Source: a virus (lineage: Duplodnaviria; Caudoviricetes). Taken from it: DNA of 63,364 bases. Shown piece by piece: positions 29,129-38,601 of this stretch. Both the position numbers and the translations under genes were made by a program. The stretch covers positions 1 through 63,364 of the IMG/VR virus record IMGVR_UViG_3300020581_000085; one strand, written 5' to 3'. Every line of letters begins with the position of its first letter. The stretch's first letter is position 1. Below the pieces are notes generated by a model. The model was given only the letters and a program-made list of their open reading frames with translations. It did no database searches and was not told the DNA's origin.

Positions 29129-31482
29129 AGAGAACAATCCTCGCTCTTATGACTTTTATTGTTTTTTCACCGGCCAGTCTCGCGGCAGGGCTTGGAACTC
29201 TTCCGTATAGCGGTGCTTCGCAATCCGTCTCGAATAATTGGGTTCCTCAAAAGATCGGTGCGGGCGGGAAACTAACCAGCATCGATATCGCGCCGGATGG
29301 AACCAAAGTTGTCCGCGCTGATACTTACGGAGCGTGGTGGTTCAACCCAGCGACGACAAACTGCGGCAACGCCAATACGACGGGGTGCTGGCAGCAGCTA
29401 GTCACTCTCAACACGATGCCGTCATCCGATCTGACCATTGGCGGCGGCCTTGGCAGCGGCGTAAGTGCACAGGGCGTCCTCGAAATTGTAGTCGCGCCGA
29501 ATAATACGTCCGTCTTCTATATGCTGTTCAATGGCTACGTCTATGTAACCGCCAACCATGGAGCGTCGTGGACCAGGACCGGATTCACTCAAACATTGAG
29601 CGGCGGCAACCCGCCGCAAGCAAACGGCAGTGTTAATGGAAAGAAAAAATTCATTGCTGTTGATCCTAATAATTCCAACATCGTCTACGCCTCCACGATC
29701 TTCAACGAATTGAGAGTATCGACTAACGGCGGCACATCATTCTCAACCACACCCAACGTTGGAAATGCCGGATCAAGCTTTGGCCACGCTATCGCATTTG
29801 ACCCCAGCTCGTCCGTCGTTGGCTCTACGTGTTCCACGCCGGGAAACTGCACCACGCAGGGCATCTACGTTTTCACCTACGGCGCGCAGATGTGGCATTC
29901 CACCAATGGTGGCACGTCGTTCACGCAGACCTCGGGCGGACCTACGACGTTTCAGGACATGAGGGTTGGATCTGACGGGACCGTCTGGGTAGTTGATGGT
30001 CAAAGCACTGCAAGCAGTTTGTGGAAATTTTCGTCAGGGACATGGACGAATATTGCGTCTTTTAGTGGGATGCTCGGTCTTCAGTCTGTTGCAGTCGATC
30101 CGGCAAATTCATCTCGTATTTTTGTCACTGATTTCTGCGGCGACACTAGTCTATCTACCAACAAAGGAACTTCATGGTCGGCGACGGCTAGCCTTCCAGT
30201 TACCCGCACGGCGACGGATATGCCATGGTTAGCGTGGACCGATGAAGGAACGTCAAACGCATGCTTCACAACTGGCGCGGTCATGTTCGACCCAAACCAA
30301 AGTAATGTGGTCTACACTTCAGAGGGGGTCGGCGTCTGGTTCGCATCTCCTACCGGCTCAAGTCCTGTCAGCTATACATCACAATCAGCAGCTATCGAAC
30401 AACTGGTTACCAATCGGGTGATTGTACCGCCAAGCGGGACGCTGAACTATTTTGCTTGGGATCGCCCCGAGTTTTATCTCCCCAACAACACGACCTATGA
30501 TTCGACGCACAACCCGAATAATACGAACGGCATCGTTGGCGGTTGGGATGGCGACTGGTGTTCGTCATCAACCACTACACTAGTCGGTTTGATGACATCT
30601 AATGCGTCATCGGCAGATGTCTCCGGCTCATCGTCGAACGGTGGCCAGACGTGGACGGCATTCGGGACTTTCCCCGATATTAATGCTGGTGGCAGCATTG
30701 CTTGCTCGACCCCTTCCGACATCATCAGAGTTGCCGGGCTGACTACTAGCGCGGCATATTTTACATCTAATGGGGGATCGACGTGGACCAAGATTACCTT
30801 CCCGTCTCCCATCCCTACCACCGGCGATCTTGGTTGGAATAACGATTTCGGCTCACTCGGTAACAGCCACCGTTTCGCGGCTGATCGCGTTAATTCAACT
30901 ACCTTTTACGCTTATAATACCAGCACCGCAGGCGTTGGCCTTTACATAAGCACCGACGGTGGCTCTACATGGGCCCAACAATTTTCAGGGTCCATTACCG
31001 GCCTTGGCGAAAGTGCAGACCAGCAGGGGAAACTAGCAACTGTGCCGGGACAGGCTGGAAATCTATTCTGGAATAGTGTGATTAGCCCTTGTAACAGTGG
31101 AGACTGCTTTGTGCGGTCTACTAATTCGGGTGTTTCTTGGAGCGTCGTTAATACCGGATTCAGTTTGGTTTGTTCCTACGGCTTCGGCGCTATATTCTCT
31201 GGGCAATCCTATCCTTCCATTTTGGTGTTTGGTGTTCGATCAGGCGTCTATGGCATTTGGGAGTCGAAAGACGACGCTGTGACTTGGACAAACGTCACCG
31301 GTAATTATTACTCCGGGGATGTTCCGACCGATATTGATGGCGACAAATCAACGCCCGGTCTGTGGTACATTGGCCAGCAGGGTTCGGGGCTGATCAAGGG
31401 CCAAGTTAATTGGCTACTAAAGCGCGACCTCGATCCGGCATCTAACGACAACGATCCGTTATGGCTGGAGAAGGCGGCGTAG
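29122..31482 (+). CDS. BNR/Asp-box beta-propeller protein, GH74 (xyloglucanase)-like, with signal peptide
   Basis: 'IGAGG', 'RADTYGAW' (GH74-like R.D.GG.Y region), many S-x-D/N-G-G-x-S/T-W/F boxes, 'WDR'. Confidence 0.75.
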   Translation: MLKRTILALMTFIVFSPASLAAGLGTLPYSGASQSVSNNWVPQKIGAGGKLTSIDIAPDGTKVVRADTYGAWWFNPATTNCGNANTTGCWQQLVTLNTMPSSDLTIGGGLGSGVSAQGVLEIVVAPNNTSVFYMLFNGYVYVTANHGASWTRTGFTQTLSGGNPPQANGSVNGKKKFIAVDPNNSNIVYASTIFNELRVSTNGGTSFSTTPNVGNAGSSFGHAIAFDPSSSVVGSTCSTPGNCTTQGIYVFTYGAQMWHSTNGGTSFTQTSGGPTTFQDMRVGSDGTVWVVDGQSTASSLWKFSSGTWTNIASFSGMLGLQSVAVDPANSSRIFVTDFCGDTSLSTNKGTSWSATASLPVTRTATDMPWLAWTDEGTSNACFTTGAVMFDPNQSNVVYTSEGVGVWFASPTGSSPVSYTSQSAAIEQLVTNRVIVPPSGTLNYFAWDRPEFYLPNNTTYDSTHNPNNTNGIVGGWDGDWCSSSTTTLVGLMTSNASSADVSGSSSNGGQTWTAFGTFPDINAGGSIACSTPSDIIRVAGLTTSAAYFTSNGGSTWTKITFPSPIPTTGDLGWNNDFGSLGNSHRFAADRVNSTTFYAYNTSTAGVGLYISTDGGSTWAQQFSGSITGLGESADQQGKLATVPGQAGNLFWNSVISPCNSGDCFVRSTNSGVSWSVVNTGFSLVCSYGFGAIFSGQSYPSILVFGVRSGVYGIWESKDDAVTWTNVTGNYYSGDVPTDIDGDKSTPGLWYIGQQGSGLIKGQVNWLLKRDLDPASNDNDPLWLEKAA

Positions 31483-31571
31483 TCATTGGCCAGCACCAGA
31501 CTGGCGATCTGCGCTCTCTATGAGCCTTGCGTCAGGGGCGCGACCCCATCACAGACCAAACCGTTCTTCGC

Positions 31572-31631
31572 TTAAGAACGTGTCTGACGGCGCTTGAGCC
31601 AATCCGCGATATCCTGGCCAAATATCGTCAT
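31572..31631 (-). CDS. 19-aa mini-ORF MTIFGQDIADWLKRRQTRS
   Basis: ATG overlaps stop of 31628..31891 and duplicates that gene's MAIFGQDIADYLKR segment. Confidence 0.45.
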   Translation of the reverse strand: MTIFGQDIADWLKRRQTRS

Positions 31632-31891
31632 GTTTCGCGCTTTCTCTTCATGTAAAGGCTTCCGACAGAGAACCGGCGAATAAATCGAGTGCGGACCAGC
31701 CAGATCCCGATCCTTTCCGCCCGCTCATGGGTTGATAGCCGCTTAAGGTAGTCGGCAATATCTTGGCCGAAGATCGCCATGGACCATCCTATCCAGAAAG
31801 CAGAAACCCACATCTGCTTCTCCGGCCAGTTGTTAATCACGATGACGGAAGCGGCTAGCCAGATGAATAGCCAGAATAGTGGGGTTCGCAT
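31628..31891 (-). CDS. Small membrane protein
   Basis: Two hydrophobic segments; SD GAGG. Confidence 0.6.
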   Translation of the reverse strand: MRTPLFWLFIWLAASVIVINNWPEKQMWVSAFWIGWSMAIFGQDIADYLKRLSTHERAERIGIWLVRTRFIRRFSVGSLYMKRKRET

Positions 31892-31909
31892 CTCAAACCT
31901 CGTCTTCGC

Positions 31910-32143
31910 TTAATGGGCCACGGCGCCCTGAGCACAGTAGGCGGCAACCACCTTTGGCTTCTGCCCCATCATCTCTTTTTCCCAACCGATGCCGCCCGTA
32001 TTGAGTTCCTCGCCTATCCTATGCGGGGCCTCGGCGGCGCAAGTCATTTGGTCCTTCTTAGCCTCGATTTGAGTGCCAGCGAAGTAAGGGCTGATAGGTG
32101 AGTATAACAGCACAAGGACATAGGTGATACCGACTGCTTCCAT
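31910..32143 (-). CDS. Small hypothetical protein with hydrophobic N-terminus and two Cys
   Basis: SD AAGGAG. Confidence 0.6.
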   Translation of the reverse strand: MEAVGITYVLVLLYSPISPYFAGTQIEAKKDQMTCAAEAPHRIGEELNTGGIGWEKEMMGQKPKVVAAYCAQGAVAH

Positions 32144-32590
32144 CGTTCGTCTCCTTAGTCTTACTTATCAACCAGCCTCGCAGAGCGGCAGAAACCCAAC
32201 ATAGAACACGGGAAACTGTCCCCAATGGCTGATCGAATACATATAGCAACCTTCGATCATCAACGGCCCATGGCCCTTAGCCACTTGCGGTGCTGAATGA
32301 ACGCTCCGAACGCCGCTCCAAAGCAAAAGCCTGTCGCAATCCCGAAGCAAACATCAATCCAATGGGGTGTCATGGCTAGCTCTCTATTTATAAACGAGCC
32401 GAAGGCTCATTAAGCCTCTCACAAATGAAATCCACGCTCGGATGATTGTAGATGATTCCGCACCTTTTCGGACCAGTGTCGGTTTGCTGCCATAGGTGGT
32501 ATACGCCCTCGCCGGCCCAAGTATAAAACCAGGTGCCTTCAGGCCGATTTGGTTGCTCATCCATGGCGGATTCTCTGCTCATCACCGGGC

Positions 32591-33340
32591 CTAAGTTAAA
32601 ATCAATTGTGTAGCCGGTATATTAACCTTCGGCATCCACTTCGGTGCATCGGCCGCGATCTGTTCGTATACCTTCGGATGCTGCGCCTTGAAATCCGGCA
32701 TGTGACCGCGGACATAACGGCCATTTTCTACCACGAGCCAGCTATTCGGCTTCAACCAGCGGCGGTGATCAATCTTGAGGGCTTTGAAGTCCTCCCTGGT
32801 GACGTAGCCGCGCTGCTCTAGCGTGACCATGATCTTGATCGCGGCGATCTTCCATGAAGTCAGTTGGACCGGAGCCGATGATCCTGCGGCGACGTCGGGG
32901 ACATATTCAGGAAGCGTATGGCGCTTGGCTGGGCACCATTCGTGCCACTCCGAATGCATCCAATCCTCTTTCAGCTTTGGCAGATAGGGCGTGAATACAG
33001 GGCCAGAGATTCCCTTTTCGTATGGCGGCCGAACGCGGATGATCGTGATCCCGATATAATCCGCGATCCTATCAAAGCCAGCCTCGCCTTCTGGCACCAG
33101 TACAGCACGGCAATCCGGGCCTGCATGGTCAACCCAATATATCGAATCCTCGATTGCCTGATTGATGACATCCAAGTTTAGCTTCAGCTTCGCCTCAATG
33201 CCGATCTGAAAGCCGTCCTGATCTCGAACAAGAAGAATGTCCCAGCCCGAAGTCTCTGCGTAGGGCGTCCAGCCCTTTTCGAGCCCGGCAATGAAGCGGG
33301 CGCAGAGATCAACTTCGGTCGCAAATGGCTTCTTGGTCAT
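32591..33340 (-). CDS. Hypothetical protein, possible PD-(D/E)xK nuclease fold
   Basis: 'E.DL...WDILLV...GIEAKL'; start re-called to ATG 33340. Confidence 0.55.
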   Translation of the reverse strand: MTKKPFATEVDLCARFIAGLEKGWTPYAETSGWDILLVRDQDGFQIGIEAKLKLNLDVINQAIEDSIYWVDHAGPDCRAVLVPEGEAGFDRIADYIGITIIRVRPPYEKGISGPVFTPYLPKLKEDWMHSEWHEWCPAKRHTLPEYVPDVAAGSSAPVQLTSWKIAAIKIMVTLEQRGYVTREDFKALKIDHRRWLKPNSWLVVENGRYVRGHMPDFKAQHPKVYEQIAADAPKWMPKVNIPATQLILT

Positions 33341-33542
33341 GTTAGGTCTTCGGTCAAGAATGGGTAGCAACAAAGACGGCAGCAACGCCCACCCCGATCG
33401 CCGCGCCTATCACAATGTTGATGATCGGAAAGATACCGTGATCGACCAGATACAACCAACCAAAAAAGGTGAACGTCAAAAACCACGCGCCGAATAATGC
33501 CGCCGCAAAGTAGATCATGTTCATTCTCCATTCGAAACCGTA

Positions 33543-33971
33543 CTATCGATCTTTCGGATCAACCAAAACACACTTGGCGTATTTGATCTCGCGCACAGGA
33601 TCGTAAATCGAGCCATATCCCATCGTGGAATACGAATGGCGCGTGAACGAGACGGTCTTGGTATCGTCATCGACCATGCACGTCAGGTCATTTCCAGACC
33701 TAAAGCTTATGCTGCTTTTAGTGCCGTGGATGCACTTAGCGTTGTCATCAGCGGTAGCGGGTCGGGACGGGTGGGATGCAGCGAATTCCTGATCAAGCCG
33801 CGCTTCGCGGATCTTCTCAGCCTCTTCGGCTGATTTATTTTCCATGACCGTCATGCCGGTTTTGGCGATACTGATTGCATCCTCGCATAGTGTCTTGCTC
33901 GGATATCCGGTCGATATGTTCACGTTCGCAGTGCCCGTCACAATAATCAAAGCCCAGATCATACCTTCCAT
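33543..33971 (-). CDS. Hypothetical exported protein
   Basis: Hydrophobic N-terminus; four Cys. Confidence 0.6.
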   Translation of the reverse strand: MEGMIWALIIVTGTANVNISTGYPSKTLCEDAISIAKTGMTVMENKSAEEAEKIREARLDQEFAASHPSRPATADDNAKCIHGTKSSISFRSGNDLTCMVDDDTKTVSFTRHSYSTMGYGSIYDPVREIKYAKCVLVDPKDR

Positions 33972-34194
33972 GGAAGTTCCCTGTTAAGTGTTGTGACTAC
34001 TGATGACCATTCGGACATGCGACCGGATCACCCGCTTGCATGCCGAAAGAGCACAGAACTGCCGTTCGTCTTTCAAGCGATACTGTGTGGTTCCAAAAAA
34101 CCATCAGGAACGGGCCTACAACGCAGACCTGAAAGACCATTATTGCAACAAGTAGAATGTCTCTGAATCTCATGTCACCCTCGGTCTTCTGCGT
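33972..34194. other. Candidate attP region
   Basis: Non-coding gap immediately downstream of the integrase; core sequence not identifiable from this window. Confidence 0.35.
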
Positions 34195-35217
34195 TCACCT
34201 AACCGGCTTCCGCAATCCCATGCGAACAGCTTGGACGTTCGCGATCTTGTTCGCGACGTTGCGGTCATACTTCCGCGTTTGCGCGATGTCGCTGTGGGTT
34301 GCGGCTTCCCTAACGTGCTCGATCTCGGCGCCAGCGTCTCTCGCCTCGCTGATACCGCCGGCCCGCGAATCCTGGTTCCGTACGTTCTTTGGAACTCCGG
34401 CCATGTCAGCGAGAAGCCGCCATTTCCGGCGGAAGTCATCGGCGTGATACGGCAATCCGGTGGATTCGCTGATGACCAGCGGTCCAGATGCCGGAAGTAA
34501 TTCACGGTGAACCGTGACGACTTTCGTCTCGGTATCCTCGATGACCAGCGTTTCCCACCACCGCGGATCTAACTCTTCCAGCACCATGATAGCCATCTTC
34601 AGGTCGACCACCAATATTTTCTGTTTTTTGCTGGTGACGTGATGCAGCATCAGGTTTTCGTCGATCTCTTCCCACCGGAGCCCGCGTATCCACTTCTCTT
34701 TCTCGGTCACAACATCGGAGATGCCAGGTTCGGCATGCGGGATATACTCTCCAATTACGTCTTTCTGCCTGAGAATTAGTTCAAATTGCAGAGCTTGAGC
34801 CAAGGCTATGCTGTAGCGGAACTGACTTCTGGCGACCCGTCGAACGGCAATGGCATGTTCGGCGGTAATAACCGACGTCCGCGGCTCGCACTGTGGAACC
34901 TTCAGTTTGTTGAGAACTAAACAAAGCCGCTCGCATTCCTCATCCTCGAGGAGCGTAAGGCCGAACCCGGCCAAGGTCCGTAAGATACCAATCAGGGCAT
35001 GAGCAATGGCAACCTTATTCTCGGGGCCGAGCCAGTCCATGTGCCATTCTTTGGCGGTGACGTACCGGATGTCCTTAAGCTCGAAATGACCATAAAGCCG
35101 GTCGATCCTGGCGAGCATCGACGCCTGCCACTTGCGGTTATGATAGCGAAGCTTGTGGAACGACGAGACTTTGTGCGTCTGGTACGCCTCGATCAGGTCT
35201 TTGAGGGTTCTACTCAT
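34195..35217 (-). CDS. int: Tyrosine recombinase/integrase
   Basis: R ('LILRQKD'), K ('TSKK'), xxxR ('QDSR'), H ('ATHS'), Y ('TRKYDR'). Confidence 0.85.
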   Translation of the reverse strand: MSRTLKDLIEAYQTHKVSSFHKLRYHNRKWQASMLARIDRLYGHFELKDIRYVTAKEWHMDWLGPENKVAIAHALIGILRTLAGFGLTLLEDEECERLCLVLNKLKVPQCEPRTSVITAEHAIAVRRVARSQFRYSIALAQALQFELILRQKDVIGEYIPHAEPGISDVVTEKEKWIRGLRWEEIDENLMLHHVTSKKQKILVVDLKMAIMVLEELDPRWWETLVIEDTETKVVTVHRELLPASGPLVISESTGLPYHADDFRRKWRLLADMAGVPKNVRNQDSRAGGISEARDAGAEIEHVREAATHSDIAQTRKYDRNVANKIANVQAVRMGLRKPVR

Positions 35218-35218
35218 A

Positions 35219-35512
35219 CTATTTCACCGGCTTTATCTTCTGCTGGAGGCGAAGGGTAAACTGCCGATAGACCTTCATCGGGAGGTTTTCCAAGGCCTCG
35301 TTGAGGGTGGCTATATCGTTGGCGTCCAGCCCCTCGATATTCCATGCCGTAGGCTGGGCTGGCGCGGCCTGTGGTGCTGGCGGCGGAGGAGGGGTGGGTG
35401 TTGGGGCCGGAGCGGACTGAGCCTCACTGGCGGGCTTCTCTGCTTGCTGGGGGGCATCCTCGGCAAATGCCGGGGTGGCTAGTAGGACGGCGATAATAGC
35501 TAATTTCTTCAA
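35219..35512 (-). CDS. Small exported Pro-rich protein
   Basis: Signal peptide 'MKKLAIIAVLLATPAFA|E'. Confidence 0.65.
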   Translation of the reverse strand: MKKLAIIAVLLATPAFAEDAPQQAEKPASEAQSAPAPTPTPPPPPAPQAAPAQPTAWNIEGLDANDIATLNEALENLPMKVYRQFTLRLQQKIKPVK

Positions 35513-35699
35513 GTTACGTCTCCTCGTTTGAAAGCTAGGCTGTTTTGGTAGGCGAGTTGGTTAGTCATAACCAAGAACCGAATGTCATCGGCATTGAGGT
35601 ATTTCCGGAGCGAGGCTTTGAAGACCTCCTCCGAAACCTCACCGCAAACATACCTGATGACGAGCGCTTGTACTTCTTCATCGGTTATTCTGCGGTTTC

Positions 35700-36362
35700 T
35701 TAGGACCATTGGTTTCTCCTTGGATAAACCGTTATTTTGGGTGTCATTAACGCATCCTCCAAGGACATCCCACGCGCTATTCTATGGGTGACCGTACCGC
35801 TGTTAATTGCCGAACCTGACATTTCTATCGCTTCAGCCAGTGTCATGGTTGCCCCATGGTAATTGACTAGGCGATTTCTTCTTGTATTTCTTGATTGTTC
35901 TTTCTTAGTAGCCCAGGTGCAGTTCACCGGCTCGTAATTTCCGTCATTGTTCTTGCGTTCTATCGTATGTTTGGGAGTGGGTTTCGGGCCCATATCTTCG
36001 TAGAAGTCTTCGACGCTATTACGCCACCGCTCACAGACGATTATTCCCCGACCTCCGTAGTTTGGATAGTTAATGGACGATTCGTCGTGGCACCGCGCTA
36101 TCATCAGATTCCATGTGACATACTCTGGAGTACGACTGAGCCCATACTTGGCACTAGCCTCTCCGCGCTTGACCCCGGCTTCGCGTCTGAAACACCCGCA
36201 TGATATAGTTTTGCCGGATTTTAGGAGATGCCCAAAAACGCAGGTCTCCGCACCGCAATCACACTTGCAAAACCACTTGGTATTATAAGTTTTGCTAGGA
36301 GCTTGCCCGATAACAATTAATCTACCGTATCGGTTGCCGCTCAAATCTAAAACATTTGCCAT
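35700..36362 (-). CDS. HNH homing endonuclease-like protein
   Basis: 'DLSGNRYGRLIVI', 'CKCDCG', 'SCGC', 'YGGRGI.VCERW', 'TIER.NNDGNYEP.NC.WAT...Q..N'. Confidence 0.88.
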   Translation of the reverse strand: MANVLDLSGNRYGRLIVIGQAPSKTYNTKWFCKCDCGAETCVFGHLLKSGKTISCGCFRREAGVKRGEASAKYGLSRTPEYVTWNLMIARCHDESSINYPNYGGRGIIVCERWRNSVEDFYEDMGPKPTPKHTIERKNNDGNYEPVNCTWATKKEQSRNTRRNRLVNYHGATMTLAEAIEMSGSAINSGTVTHRIARGMSLEDALMTPKITVYPRRNQWS

Positions 36363-36801
36363 TCATGGGCCTCCCTTCCTCGCTAGCACGACGTCTCTCC
36401 TGTGGAGTTTCGTAGCAAACTTTCCGGTGCTTATGACACCAAGGATATCCATGTGAGCCGCAGTAACGATGGGATGAATGAAGCGCATCTCCGAAGATGT
36501 ACCGGCAGTCGTCGTCTGTAAGCTCCTCCAGCGTTACCATCCTCGGTAATTCGACAACGGTTTCTATTTTCATTGGCTTGGGTCTCTTGGGCTTATAAAT
36601 TCTCGGTGCTTTTGATGTATTTTGTCCGTCGCCGACCGGCCCACCCTTACCCCCGAATTGAAACCCTCTCCTGAATGCCAACCCGAGTATGCCGCTTCTG
36701 GTCATTCCCGGCATTAACAGCGCCACCTTGGCGGCGCTCAATCCCTGACTAGCCAATAATCTGATTTTCTCTACCAAATGCTCAGGAACGGGATACGGCA
36801 T
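36322..36801 (-). CDS. gcrA: GcrA-like cell-cycle regulator
   Basis: N-terminal HTH 'GLSA..VA...GMTRSGILG...R'; C-terminal 'LEEL...CRY..GD.....YCG....PWC..H...Y'. Confidence 0.8.
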   Translation of the reverse strand: MPYPVPEHLVEKIRLLASQGLSAAKVALLMPGMTRSGILGLAFRRGFQFGGKGGPVGDGQNTSKAPRIYKPKRPKPMKIETVVELPRMVTLEELTDDDCRYIFGDALHSSHRYCGSHGYPWCHKHRKVCYETPQERRRASEEGRPMNGKCFRFERQPIR

Positions 36802-36809
36802 TGGAACCC

Positions 36810-37082
36810 CTACGTTAAAGGTATCTCGATTGATCCAATAATTTCCCTTGCGAGGTCTTTCCAGCCCTCCATGCGGGAGACGACCGCCTCTAGTTTTTCA
36901 ATTCTATTTTCGGCGTCCTTACGCAGTCCGTCCGAAATATCCGCCTCCGCAAGTGCCACATCTCTCTTCTCGTTGAGTTCGAAGCATCGATCCGTCAGAA
37001 GTTTAACCTGCTTCTGAAGATTCGCGATCGTTACCTTTGGATCCTCGCCACGAGGAATCGGCGGCGGCTTAATCTTAGGCAT
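36810..37082 (-). CDS. Coiled-coil hypothetical protein
   Basis: MPKIKPP... heptads. Confidence 0.55.
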   Translation of the reverse strand: MPKIKPPPIPRGEDPKVTIANLQKQVKLLTDRCFELNEKRDVALAEADISDGLRKDAENRIEKLEAVVSRMEGWKDLAREIIGSIEIPLT

Positions 37083-37531
37083 CAACGTCTCTCCCGAATC
37101 ATCTTTTCGATCTCTACCTTGATCGCGCTGGCCGGCGTCCCCGGCAGGAACTTTTGCTCTACTGCGTACTTTGCCCGCTCTATCAATCGTACCCACTGAT
37201 CGGCGGTGAGGTTGCGAGTGGTCTTAGCCCTTATTTCCGTCTCCCCGCGCTTTCGATCATGGTGGTAAGTGACGTGCCGGCACTCCATCAAAACCTGCTC
37301 TTTAGCGAATTCGGCGTCTTCCTTTAGCCAGTCACACTGCTCTGCCAAAAGTCCGCATAGAGCTCGGAAATATCTCATGTACTTTAGTGTAGCTGGAACC
37401 GTGACGTCTGCCCTAACCTCTGCTCCTCGCGGTATGGAATTCCACTCAGGTTCGAATACATCGGTTTCCAGAAACAATCCTATCTCGCCCGCCTTACCCG
37501 GACGTTTACGAAAGTGAATTTCCTGGCTCAT
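37082..37531 (-). CDS. Hypothetical protein (NinB/DUF1367-like position)
   Basis: Follows the SSAP gene; family assignment weak. Confidence 0.5.
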   Translation of the reverse strand: MSQEIHFRKRPGKAGEIGLFLETDVFEPEWNSIPRGAEVRADVTVPATLKYMRYFRALCGLLAEQCDWLKEDAEFAKEQVLMECRHVTYHHDRKRGETEIRAKTTRNLTADQWVRLIERAKYAVEQKFLPGTPASAIKVEIEKMIRERR

Positions 37532-38601
37532 GGTTCAAGGCGGGCCTGCGCTTCCCTCATCGCGGATTGGATCGATTCTTTGTCCGCCGGGAACAGATCG
37601 GCCCATTCCACGTCGACCACATGGGTAAAGAACGTATCGATCTCCTCCGCGACTTCCATCTTGGCGAATCGCTCAAGAACGAAAGCCACCCATCGGTCGT
37701 AGTCCTTCTTGATATCGGGGACGGCGCCCTTCTTTGGCTTCTTCGTCTCTGCCGGGGCGTCGTCGGACATGGCCCCAGGCTCAACCGGCTCCGTCTTGCG
37801 CAGAAAATTAATATGCTTTTCCGTTGCGGCCTTGCATCGCGCGGCATCATCGGGGCTGCCGTTCTTCAGCTTATCCAACTGCGGCTGATTGGCGTCGATC
37901 CATTTGAATACGACCGACACTTCGGATTCGTTCTGCACGGCAGCAATGAATTTGTCGGCCCATCCCTGATAGGTCCCACCCACAATCCTTTGAGGCCCGA
38001 CTTGTTGCACGATAGGGTCCGAATGTTGCACCGGATGGTGATCTTGTGGCTTTGGGGCGACGACTTGTTGCGTGACCACCGCCGCCTGGCGCGGGGGAGC
38101 GGCATCGCGGCTGACTTCCTGTTTGGCAGACGCGGGGATATCCTCCACCTCAGATTCGTCCAACATCCCTAGACCGCAGATTGATAGTGTGGCGCGCCGC
38201 TTGGCCTTGGTCTCAGCCTTCATCAAAGCGTTGGCGAGACCTTCGCCCTTCAAGCCAGCGATGTTGACCGCGCCGGTCGAAACGTCTGTCCGATTATTGA
38301 TGTTGCAGACCTTGGCCTTTACCACGAACACGCCTTCCCGTTCGCTCTCGGCGAGTTCAGTGACGGAAATGCCGTGGATAGAGCGGAGTTGGTCGGTACA
38401 ATCTTTGAGCGCGTAAAGGCGCATCTTGCCGTTAAGCACGATGTACTCAAATGGTTTCGTTAGCGGATTGAGACCAACTGACTTACAGACGGCCTGATAG
38501 TAGGAGTTACGCTCCTCGGACGTAAGCTTGGACAGATCGCCCTTAATTAGGACGTCCTCCATTAACTTATGGCCATCATCGGTTTTGGCTAATGCGTTCA
38601 T
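37528..38601 (-). CDS. Single-strand annealing recombinase (Bet/RecT-like)
   Basis: 'C..VGLNPL.K', 'MKAETKAKRRA.L..CGLG..D..E' followed by a flexible C-terminus. Confidence 0.65.
   Translation of the reverse strand: MNALAKTDDGHKLMEDVLIKGDLSKLTSEERNSYYQAVCKSVGLNPLTKPFEYIVLNGKMRLYALKDCTDQLRSIHGISVTELAESEREGVFVVKAKVCNINNRTDVSTGAVNIAGLKGEGLANALMKAETKAKRRATLSICGLGMLDESEVEDIPASAKQEVSRDAAPPRQAAVVTQQVVAPKPQDHHPVQHSDPIVQQVGPQRIVGGTYQGWADKFIAAVQNESEVSVVFKWIDANQPQLDKLKNGSPDDAARCKAATEKHINFLRKTEPVEPGAMSDDAPAETKKPKKGAVPDIKKDYDRWVAFVLERFAKMEVAEEIDTFFTHVVDVEWADLFPADKESIQSAMREAQARLEP

Noticed and set aside
23475-31482. Diversity-generating retroelement or invertible fibre cassette
   Set aside because: No reverse transcriptase, no TR/VR pair and no invertase with flanking inverted repeats seen
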